Assembly (NCBI GenBank): GCA_002269645.1
Contig: NIVC01000952.1
Location: 114,758 to 178,757, forward strand
Reading direction: 5' to 3'
From: Macrostomum lignano
Taxonomy: Eukaryota
DNA: 64,000 nt
Position 1 is the first letter of the stretch; each line of letters begins with the position of its first letter. The notes below the pieces were generated by a model. That model made no database searches, was not told where the DNA came from, and worked only from the letters and a program-made list of their open reading frames with translations. The position numbers and the translations under genes were made by a program. Shown one piece after another: positions 37,301-49,300 of this stretch.

Positions 37301-40300
37301 CAAAGCTGATGATTGCCGTCCGTGGCCCCGGCCAAGAGGCTCCAGTCGCCTGTACAGCTCCTGGGCTGCGGGCGTCATCCAGCTGAGCATCAAGTTGATG
37401 CAGGCGGTCAGCTGCTGCTCATCGCACCTGCCTTGCATGTGGCGAAGGCGGTAGGCAGCGACGAGGGCAACCAGAGCCACCATAGGACTCTCGGCTGGTG
37501 GGAAATCCGGTCTCTGAAACAGGAAAGTCTTATGCTGTAAAATGTGTGCTGTGGGGTGGCTGATCTTCAGTGTCCGGTGTATACTGTGTGCTGTGGGGTG
37601 GCTGATCTTCAGTGTCCGGTGTATACTGTGTGCTGTGGGGTGGCTGCTCACTCAGTGTCCTGTGTAACTGTATGCTGTGGGGTGGCTGCTCCTCACTCAG
37701 TGCCCTGTGTACACTGCGTGCTGTGGGGTGGCTGATCTTCACTCAGTGCCCTGTGTACACTGCGTGTTGTGGGGTGGCTGCTCCTCAATCAGTGTCCTGT
37801 GTACTCTGCGTGTTGTGGGGTGGCTGCTCCTCACTCAGTGTCGCGTGTACATTGCATGCTGTGTACACTGTGTGCTGTGTACACTGTGTGCTGTGTACAC
37901 TGTGTGCTGTGGGGTGGCTGCTCTTCTCTTTCTCGACCTTAACATCCAATTAATGACCAACACTGGCAGCTGATCATACCTGCTGATTGAGCTCTCCAGT
38001 GAGGTAGGCCTGATACAGACATCTGCGCACATTTCTATACACGTCCGAATGGCACAGCAGGATGTCTGGCAATTCCACCCGGCCTTCGATCAGCTGCATC
38101 TCCTCGCGGAACACCCTGGCCAAATATTCATCTGCTCGGAGTCGCTCAAGCGCTGCGCAGGTGCCGCCGAAGCGGCTGAGGCAGCGCAGGAAGTACACCC
38201 GTGACCACTGGTGCTGCAGCAGCGAGCGGGCCAGTTGCTCTCGACGTCGGTCATCCTGTAGAAGAGGCAGATGATTGACGATTTGCCCTCCTTCGGGCAG
38301 GGCGGCGATGCTGGTGGCCAGCAGCGACAGGGCGACGCGCCAGTCGGCCACCTGACGGAGCCGCTGCAGTTCTAATGGGTCAGAGTCTTCAGGAAAAATT
38401 CTCGGAGCCGGTGCGTCGACTACCTCGATGACGGCGCGCATTAGTCGTTGATCGACGGGATGCGTTGCGAGGCGGGAGATCCACAAATCCTGAATTTCGG
38501 AAAATTACGTGAGTTCGCTTGAAAGCCTTGTTTTTTACGAGCTATGTTTGCTGAATTTGGCTTTAAATTAAATATTTTCTTAACGAGTGTTTTACCTCTA
38601 AACAGTGGACGACGATGAGTACTAAATTGTCTGTTGATCGGACAATATTATCTGCGGCTCTTAAGTGCTCGTCTAGCTGGTCGCAAACTTTTTCTTTGTT
38701 GAATGCAAGCAGCTGCTGTAGAAGAAACGAGCGGAACACCACTGGATTTTCGTCGTCTCTTTCTGTTGTCCATGAAATGAGCTCAATGTCTCCGCCTTCC
38801 CTTGTAACATACGAAAGCAACCTATCGCAGAGGTCGCTACTCGGTGGTCGATTGTAGCTATTGAATGACCTGCTGTCTTGCCCAAAGCACAGTTTCATGA
38901 TGGCTTCCAGTAGAAAAGTCTTGCACCTGGATTTGAACTGCCGTATTACAAATAAGCGAGATCCAAACACCTCAGTGGCTAAATGCTCGTTTCGACAAGA
39001 GGGACAAACAAAAGATAAATTCGCTAAGCCAACCAGAACCCGACTGTCCTGCATTATCAGTTCATTCTGCATCTCTTCATTGGTTTCCATGTCTTCAAAC
39101 TCAACTGCTACTACGTCATGCAGTCCGTCTCCAGGAACAACTGCACAAGTGTTTGCGTTTTCTTCTCGAAGAAGGTAGCGATTCATTCGACGAAAGTTAG
39201 GAAAGAGACAGCTGCATCGATTCTTGAAATCAATGCAGCAGTCGCGCTTCGCGGCTGCGGACAAGATCCGCCTGACGAGGCAATCTCGACAAAGGTGTTC
39301 CTGACACGGCAGGCGTAGGAGCGACTGTAAGCGTCCATTACACCTATAGCATCTAGTCGTTCTGAAATTTCGTAGCGAAATGTGGTGAGGCTAACTTGCT
39401 GCTAAGACTCAAAAGCAGTCGTGGCAAGGTAACTAAACTTACAGTGTCAGTCGGTGCCGCAATTCGTTATGCATGCCTTCTAAGATTCCTTCTATAAGAC
39501 GAAGACCATCCAACTCTTTAAAGTCGACGTTGGGATTTTGGTTCAGCAACTGAAATTGCGTCATGAGTAGCTTTCTGTGATTCTTCCTACTTGCAACCAC
39601 ATGACTTAAAGATACGGGTCTCAAATATTTTGATCGATTAATAAAATACTTTTATTGGCATTGGCTCTTACCGTCCAGAGTCTAGTTGGATCAAAAGAGC
39701 CGTCTTCAACTGTATCGTCGGCATCGAATGGTGCAGCAACATTTTTCAAAAATAGAAACCAACAAAGAATTTTCTGCCACTGGCTATGCATAGCATTATT
39801 GCCGTAGTTATTTATCAAACTTGCGACGATAGGCAGTGAATTCTCAACATCATTGATCCACTGGGAGCGGTTCTCGGCCACATTCAAGCGGGGACATCTC
39901 TGAATCAAATGTTCGTGAAAAGTCTCGAACAGGGCCTGCAAAGAGAGAGTGGGTTTTCATTTTTTGCTTTGGATTTCTTTTAATTTCAAGGTGCAAAATT
40001 ATATGATATTTTCATGCCCATGCACCAGTCCTTCAAATTGCTTTCTTTAACCAACTTACCTCAGGTAGTTCACCAAGCCTGTCAATCCTGTCCACAGGTA
40101 GCGCCAGGCCCGGAACCTTCTGCATCAACCTAGTCACCAGCGTCATCTGCTGGCTGAACTCTTTGAACAGCCAGAAGCTCTCGAACACCGCGGCGCCCAA
40201 ACAAGTCCAGCTCTGTCGCTGAGTCCTCGCAGCATCACGGGAACCAGCACCTGCAGCATTTCCTCGGTTACTCTTGCGATGCGAATTCGCACAAGGTCAT

Positions 40301-43300
40301 GACAGAAGCCGCCAACCAGATCCGGGATGGCCTCTTCATCTTGGAGAACTTGGCCAATCGGGGTGCTGTTCAAGAACAGCTCCATTAAGCGCTCCGCCTC
40401 TCTCTGCTGCTCTTTGTTGCAGATTCGCTCCAGTCGCTCTACCACCGCCCAGGAGAACGGAAATCGGCACGCGAACCGGTGACCGTCGCATGAGGACGAA
40501 GCGACTTCAATCCTCTGGAACTCGCCCGTGGTTCCCTTCACCAGGTTCTCCGTGATCTGGTCGAGATCGGATGCCGGCTCCACCATGCGCATCCACAGGC
40601 CTCGCAGGCCATCGCGTCGGTAGCAGTTGAGGTTCTGGTCTCGGTCGGAGAATGCCAGGAAGCAGGCGATGGCAGGAGCCACTTTCTGTTTCAGGACGCG
40701 CCACGTGCTCTCGCTGAAAATAGAAATTTATGTATATTTGTCAAGGTAAGAAATAATAAAGTCCGTCAAAGTGACCCGAATTTTCTCACATAAAAGTGCC
40801 AGCATCCGTGACCCTCTGATCTTGTGCGGCCTCGCGACTGAGCCATTCGCTGGGACTATACGTAGCAACCGAGCTTTCGTCCTTCCAGGTAAGCACATTG
40901 ACAATGAACTTGTACATACATTTAGTAAATGTACGATCTGAAAATGTAGCAAGAATACGAATAGTCAAGACAAGGCTTACATAAAATTGTTAGAATATTC
41001 GATTGAATTGTTTTGGCGTACCCTTTAAAGCGTCGTTTAGAATCAGCTGCCTATCCAACAAGCGACAGTCTTGTTCGTCGATATTCCCAACTTGACCATC
41101 TTTGAGAAGGCTCATGGCCTGATGGATTGACTCATCGATTAACATTTTTAGATCTATTGGCGTGTTTATTCTTTCGCCTAGCAAATGGGCGTATTCTTGA
41201 CTACTGTAATGACATAACTTTTCTTGCGCTTCAAGGGAGGCGTTAACAGCAGTAGCCACTGATTTACCATCTAATAATCGAATGTTTACTCTGCCTGAGG
41301 GTATGAACTCTTCAATGTGCACCGACTGCCACCGGCCTGAGTCAAAGCCAGTGAATGGGCTAACGTGCGAACGAACAAGTTTGATCAACAATACCACCCG
41401 CTTGTTTCTACAATGGTCTGGACTAGCTGCTAAAGCCTGTTTGAAATGATCCTCAATCAGGTACTTCGTGCATGCCAACAGATTCTGATAGTTCTGCCTG
41501 AGACCTTCAAATTGCAGTATCAGAATCGAACAGTCGCTCTCAGTAAAAAAGCGCTTAGCATACTCACTGAACTCGTTCTCACTCTGAAATGTACTTAAGT
41601 TTTCGAACTTCACTTCTTTATTAATATGCCTCTGCAGGGTCTCGCATTCGGAGATTGTCATAAGTCTATCATGAGTTGTCACCTGAAAGAATGACTTTGC
41701 CGGATTCCTAATTAGAACACTGCTCTCTAAAAAAGACAATAGACTACTCAGATTGAAAACGTTGTAGTAGATTTCTAAATACTCTTCTTTATACTGCTTC
41801 AGTTCTGTTTGATCAAGACGAACTAGACTATCCATTGTAGCAACAGCTAGCAGGCAGTTCTTGATATTTAGCTCGTCAACTCCAAAGTCAATGATCAGGG
41901 TTGATATTACATCGGTATGAAAGCCCACAAAGGCACCGCTAGGATTCTTTTCTGGTGATAAACTTGTTTTAGAAATAAATTTTGAAGTCCATTTGGAAAG
42001 TCGCGTAGCACAGAGTCTCTGCTCATTCGATAGCATAGCCAAGGCTGTGAGCTTATGCTTCTCAAGCCGATTGATCAATGGAATCGGAAATCGCTCTCTC
42101 ACTGTCGTCTGCTCAGCAACGACAATCATGCGGAAGTTCAGGTTCACCTTGCATTTGAGCCGGTGGGTGCCAAGTCCAAGATCGACAAAGCGATCGTCAC
42201 CGCACTGCTCATAGTACTGGTTTAAAACATCGTAAAGACTTTCATACAGAGCGTCCATGTTCAGCAGGACAACAGTGCTGCCTCGCTCCATGCAGATCTT
42301 AATACGATTGATGTCCAGACAGATTTTCGAGTAGTCCTGGTCCTTTGGAAAGCTGCTGCCAAAGATGATGCTCACTTGCTGATCATGGTCCTCGTCTTCG
42401 AGCAGTCGAGGCAAAATCTTTAAGCCTGAATAGTTTTCCGTGATAAGCAGCAGGTATCGCTGCTCCTCACCAGTGGATCGCAGAGCATCTCTGATGGCTG
42501 AATAATTTCCCAAGTCGATTTCTCTCCCAACAATTTCTTTAGCAAAGAAGTCCACTGGATCCAAGTCACCGAATCCGCTGAAGTTTCTCTTTATGCACTG
42601 AGCCACAGTCCTAAGATTCAGGGTAGACTTTGAGGCCAAATGCTTTACCAAACTGAAGTAGTCACGAAGGCCAAAAAACTCTCTCTCCTTCTGCGTGTGG
42701 TCGTATATTTCTTCGTAAAACGTTGTGACATGCTCCAGGTGTGATCGAACGCGATCTCTTCGAACCTGACTTTGGCAGATTCCCTTTGCCGTGTCCAGTA
42801 GATCCTCGTGCGTGGGCACGTCTCGCAACAAGTACAGTCCGCGGTTCATTTTGGCCGGGTCCAAAGCCCAGTTCGAGATACCGATGAAGCCAACTTTGCT
42901 ATGCTTTCTGTTTTGAGCTGTTTGCAAGGAGTCAGTAAAGTAGCCTTCCTCAAGAAGCGGGTGAAGTGCCTTTAGAGGCATCTTGGGACTGTCTTCTGCC
43001 AAACCGACTTCGTCAAGAATAACCACGGAGACGAACTTATCGAGGTCCTTTTCTTTCTGCAGTTGAGAGCACTGTTCGAACGTCTTGATGATTCCCTCAG
43101 AAGTTGACCATGGGGAACACTGGAACGACAGCATCTGCGTATTTGGAAGCTGGCGAAATATTTCACCTTGTGAGTTCGTTCCTAACATGTTGCTCTTCAC
43201 AATCGACTTTCCGAGCGACTTGGAACTTCCAGGCTTTCCGACGACAAACAATGGGATTCGAAGTGTGATGCAAAGCACCATCATAAAGACATTTTCTCTA

Positions 43301-46300
43301 AGAGCTTCGTTCTTGGCAATTGACTTGGGCAGATGCTCCGAAATGTCATTCAAAAGCCTTTGATGACATCGGGTAATGATTTGCATAATATCATGAGGAC
43401 TCAGACCTGCATTGAGAACCTGAGACAGCAATTCGAGATAGCCATTTTTGTTCTCCTTCGGCAGGCGACTCAGATAGCACGAAGCTAAAGCCATAATTTC
43501 GATTAGAGTTTCCTCATTGCAATCAGAATCTCCGTCATCTCGAGCGTCCAACTGTGCTAGCAATCCATTTGAAAGCCACTGGAACACGACTATGACCTTC
43601 TCGACTTCTCTCAGTGAAACATACTTTGTCTCATCATCCGTAGTGCGCATGAAGTGTTGTGATGCTGCAACCAGCTCTACAAGGCGTGTCTTCTGTGCTG
43701 GAGAGGTCCGAAGTCTGGACTCAACCATTCTGGTGATGTACTTCCTTTCAGAATCATCAGAGAGACTGCCAAAGTCCCACAAAACGCTGATCAAGGAGAG
43801 GGGCAGAGGCTTCACACGATAAACCAAATGTCGCATCGGAACATTTCCGAATTTATCCTGAGTATCCTCTTTTCTCACTCTGTATCCAAGTCCACTGTTC
43901 TCCAGTCTCTTGATTGTCGATTCGGGATGCTTGCGGTAAGGATTGCAAGCGGCAATGCATCTCAGTCCATAGGCAAAGCTTATCCTCTCACCATTGATTC
44001 TGCCGTCAATCATGATTTCCTTAATCAGACCGACAGCACTGGTCGTGTTTACTTCATCAAAGAATAGAATTGTGTAAGGAGTCACTGCGTGGTTCTGACG
44101 TGACAACTCAACAGCGTCATGGACTGCCTTCACCACATCGGCAGTTGTTACAGCACCGTGGACCTTCAGAATTCGCATGTTGCAAATATCGGACTGAGCT
44201 GGCAGCATGATTCGAGCCAGAAACTCGACAAGCTTAGTCTTTCCACAGCCCGTTTCGCCCATCAGAACGACAGGAATCTCGCTCCTGAACCGCATGTAGA
44301 TAGCCAGCATCTTTTTGACGTTGTCCATAGTCAGCTCATAGGACGGATCGGGGTCCGGGAAATTAGTGTCAGAGTGACCGAACACCATTCTCATTCTCTC
44401 AATTTTATTCTGCCGACTCAGATCCTCGAACCGCTCTTGAAGTCGAACACGTTGTGCGATGAGGCTCTGGTAAAGCTGCGGACTCATGATGTCTTCCTGT
44501 ACAACATCGTTGCTCGCGCTGTCCAAGAGATGACCTTGTTGACTCACTGTGAAGCCGACGAATGTAAAGGTCGTGCCGTCTTGATTGAACAGCAGATAGG
44601 GGTGAGAGGTGTGCTCCCAACGACGGCGGACTTCAAAGTTCTCAATCAGTGGACGATCATTCTCTGCATTTGGTTGTGCAGCTTTGCTCTCATCCGCGAT
44701 GTTCAATGAGCGACTTGAAAAATCTTTCGACATGAGCAAAAGACAGGAAAGCACAAATCTTCTGAAGCCAGGTAGGTCTTGCTCGGCTAGTGGCTCACAG
44801 AAAGGGGATCGCTCAAAGTCAACAAGCTGTCCGTTGAAAAACCTGGCGAAGTTGTTCAGCTCAAGCCACGATGGATTGTCAATGCCGCAATTTTCTAAAA
44901 GCAGACGCACGATTTCAATTGAAGGAATTTGCGCTTCTAAGTCACAGTGAGCAGCATTTCTATTGCCTAGGGATGCCAGGTACACTGCAGGTCGCTTGCA
45001 CACAGCGGTTTGGAGATGCGAATCGCTGAGCAGTGGTTGCCAGTCTGATGCCATTTCACCTGCTTCGAGCTGCCTCAAAGCGTCGCTTGGCGAAACACAA
45101 GTGATTGACGGCAGGTATCGAAGTACGAAGAACTCTGTTTTGAATAGATAATTTCTCGAATGTTCCAGCAAGTACAGGTCTTCTCTTCTTCTGCGCCAAA
45201 TTCGTCCATTTGAGTCTGTAATGGCTCCAAACATTGCAAGCTGAGTGAAGACATTTTCAAAGCCTGTCTGTACTTCACGAGCAATATCCAGGTGAAATGT
45301 CCGGGGCCGCCTGTCTTTATTGTCTGCTTTGGCAAAGAAATCATACAACTTGTCGACATCCAGGTGCGAATCACTGCAGCTGAATACGTGAGCCTCGTGT
45401 CTTGGTCGAAAATTGGCAATCTCATTGCACTGGTGCGACTTCCCCATTCCTGAACGATCGGAAGTGATCCAAAGAAAACTGCTGTGAGCTGGACCTGCTT
45501 CCCTTCTCATGAACTGTGCAACCCAATTAATAATTTTTTTCTGGCTGGGCTTGGTAGTTAAATCTTTCTGAAATGGACTGAGGGCGTTGCAAAATGGATA
45601 TTGCTTTTGGCTTTGAAGCGGAAACAGTGCGAAGAAATACGATTGAATCCGGCCATCTACGCTGTTTAGTAGGAGACTGAGCTTCTGCTCAGCAAACACT
45701 GACAGGTCATAGGTTAGCTGGTCAGCGCTCATTATCACAAAGAGGTGATCCGGGCTCTGACTAAGTATGGCACGATGCAAAAACACATTAATTTCTTCTT
45801 CACTTGTATCCTTACTGCATATCAACACTTGTTCATACTGTGGCAGACATTGGTAGGCAAGATAAAACAGCTCAAGCAGTACTAAGAGCTGTTCACTCGG
45901 CTCAAGGCTGACTGCGAAAATTTTATTTTCATTAAACTTACTCTTGAACTCGCCGGATATGGTTTTTCCAACTCTTCGATAATTCCGATACTATTTAGGA
46001 ATTGCGCAACTTTCTCAAAATTTGATAAATCGCTGGATGTTGTATTAAGGTACTCATTCCAGATTTGCTTAAAAGCAGTGTCCACAGGCCCGTTGCTTTC
46101 ATTCGTGTCTTTTTGCCGCGCAGGTGGATTACTTTTTGGAGCGGGCTGCTTTTTCTCTTTTTTGTCGGACTGTTTCGTTTCCTGTATTGCTCTTCTTACA
46201 TCGTCCTCGGAACAATCAGGACACACGTAGCCGAGCAAATTCAGCACTGATTGGCTCACTGTGCCTGTCACCCTGAACAGGTGGGCCAGTTCTCTCTGCA

Positions 46301-49300
46301 AAATTAGAATCTGCTTCAGACTGAAAAAGTTTAGATTGTAGTGCAATCGCCGAGCCTGCGCCACCTCCTCCTTCCATTCCTCGAGACAGTCGGAAAACGC
46401 GTGAGAAAAGTCTGTCAATCCTCTAGTTACGTCAAAATACCTATAGCTCAGGGTTCTCTCCTGGTTGCTGAGCCGCAGCTCAATAATTGCATTGGCATCG
46501 GCCCTAGTAAATAGGTTAAACCTCATAAACATGTGCTCGCACAGTATGCAGCACTGTTGCTTAAACTCGCCGTACACATCCACTAAGCGAAACATGCTTG
46601 TGGTTAGTCGAACAAAGCGATCGAGCAGAGCTTGGTTCTCATACGTCTGGCCAGCAATAAGCATTAGCTTGGACTGTAAGTCCTTCACGTCTTCGAGTTT
46701 AAATACAGTCGGAAAAAGTTGTACCTGTTGTACTCCTGCATCAGTAGAATGAATTCTCAGTTGAAAATTTTCTTCGTTAGTAACATAGCAGCCGATCTCG
46801 ATGGAGCCACATTGGAGAATCTTTTCAATTGACTTTAGAGTCGACTTCTCTACAGAGCCCTGGTTTTCTTTGATTATTTTTATCCAGTCGAGTCTCTGGC
46901 TGGTCTCTTTCAGGTCTTTATCAAGCTAGGCTTAAGGTTTAATTTTTGAAAAATCTCCTGGCAGTCCTGCAGAAACTCATTGATACTCTTCTCGTGCCCA
47001 GCAGACCCGTCGAGGCCGTACACAATGTTTCCTAATTCAGTCACAACGGTGTAGAATGTTTCAATCTTTTTCTGCTCCAGATCACCGGAATCTCCCAGGT
47101 AAACCATGGCTAAGTCAAAAAAGGTTTTTGCCTCTTTTACAGAGGGGACGTTGCTTCTGAGCCACATGCAGAGTTCATGGCTGCATTCAATTGCGTCCAT
47201 TAGTGGCAAGAACCGGCTCTCTTTCGAAGCTTTGTCGAGGTAATCGAATTGGCTCATTTCCGTTAGTTTCACGGTTCTGAGCGGTACAGCTACACTGGCC
47301 TCTCCAACTCTTACAGCTCTCTTTAAAGACTCTATATTGTGATTCAATTGAAACTTTTCCATCACCCGGATGATAGCAGCAGCCACCTGCGAGTTGCGGG
47401 ACATTTTCCTGGCGAACAGAAACCTCTGCAAGAAGTCAAGCCACTCTTGTTCAGCCGGCTGAGGATTAAAGCACTCGATCTCAGCTCTGATTTCACTTTC
47501 GTCATCGTTCTGAGCGATAGTGCCAAAAAAGTTTTCCGCCGTTTCCAAAGTGGCTTCGTCTGAGAGAAGGCTGAGCACCTTTTCGTCCCAGTGGTCAACA
47601 GCAGCTGCCAGACAGAGGACCAGACTACGGACGTCTAGCTTTTCTCCCATGTCAGTCCCATCTTCTTTTGCCTTCAACTTGATCTTCTCCTGAACTGAAG
47701 CATCAAATGTCCTACTGTGCATTAAGTTATCGAACCGGTTCATTAGTGCGAGGATTGTCGGTTCAAGGCCAACCAAAAGCTGGAAGTGTTTCAACTGAAG
47801 GTAATATTGTGGAAGATCCATGTCCACTAGCTCGTCAAATTTAGTTCCGTTTAAATTTTCCTTATCCAACAGGTGTCTGAAGTTGTCTAAGTTGACTAAA
47901 ATGGTGAGGGAATTTTCGTTACAATCAGTTTATTATGGTACGAGCGTACGACCTATTAAAAATTCAAGAGCCATAGGCTACTCGCAAATCGTGAAAATCT
48001 CGCTAACGAAATGCATCTTGAACTTCACTTGCAAGATTATCAAGTATTTTGCACAAAATTAAATGTTTTAAATATCCATTTAGAGAGCATAACTGCATTT
48101 TTAGCAGATGAACCCTCCAAAGATTTTTTTCTAACTTTTCCTTGACAAACTTGCGAGCTCTTCATTGGGGGATTCAGTAGTAAAAGGGAGATATTGGGAA
48201 TTCAGTATACTAAAAATGGTTTCTACAATCTGCACGATTCACGAGTGTAGCACCCTTCTGATTGAGTTGGCCATGTCGAGAGTGAACTCACCCAATCTCA
48301 TATCAACTTTCTCGACAATCAAGTTCAGAAGATTTTCCATGACGCTGACAGTTGAATCAAAGCGCCTCTTTCTCTCCTCCACTTGAGGAAGAAGTTTCTT
48401 AATATTAATTTTTTTATCAAACACGTTGCCGAGGAACTCTAGGCCGGTTTGTTGCCGGGACAGGAGTTCAACTTCTCCGTAGCGTACGAACCCGGGACCG
48501 GCAGCGATTCGCTCCACTAAATTGGAGCCAGTAGAGGAACAGGTCTTCATAATTGCCAGCGCCTCCTCTGAGAGCTTCTGAAACTGCTTGCTACCGCGTT
48601 CTGAAATTTTTAGGTCAGATTATAGTTCCTGCGATAGCTGGAGAGATGACAGAGCGTCGAGGACAACTCTGATACACGTACAGTTCTATCTTCTCTCACC
48701 CAGCTCGAAAGTAGATTTGTGCCCAGCGTACGCAGCAGACAGCCTTTAAAAAGGGTCACTCTAGCTAGTACTGTTTAAAAAATCAGTAATACGCTACAAA
48801 TTTTACCATGTTGTTTCAGAAGCATTATAAGTTCAGCGGTTCTTACTCATATCAGCGATAACCATGGCTGCAAGGGGCCATTCCAGCACCAAAGTGAGGT
48901 TGGGATCGGCCTTGTGCGTCCCTTGAAACCTGCCGATTCTGTTTGACCTCAGGCTGATGACAGCATTGGACAATGCTTGACAAGCGATCGAAAAGTGCGG
49001 ATGATCTTCTCTGAATATTCTTCGCAACCCCTTCCAAGTTGTCGACTGAAGTTTATGAATTGATCGAATTAGATACAAATATCTTGAGTCGTACTTAAAG
49101 ACAAAAACAAACAAAAAGTAAACTTACCATTTGTTCAAAAAAGTATCTTCCCTGTTCCATGGACTCCAGCCTGCTGAACAGAAGTTCGATCGCTGATTTG
49201 GTTATATTGGCACTCAGTGTTGAGAAAATTTCGACGCTCCTCTCACTAAAAAGCTCAAGAAGAGCCTCCTGAAAATTCGTTTTATCAACTGAAAACTTTT

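Noticed and set aside
40990-45828. Bacterial contamination or a dynein heavy chain suggested by the 1612-aa intronless ORF
   Set aside because: Motifs are RNF213-specific, and the ORF is continuous with spliced exons carrying RING and RZ domains.
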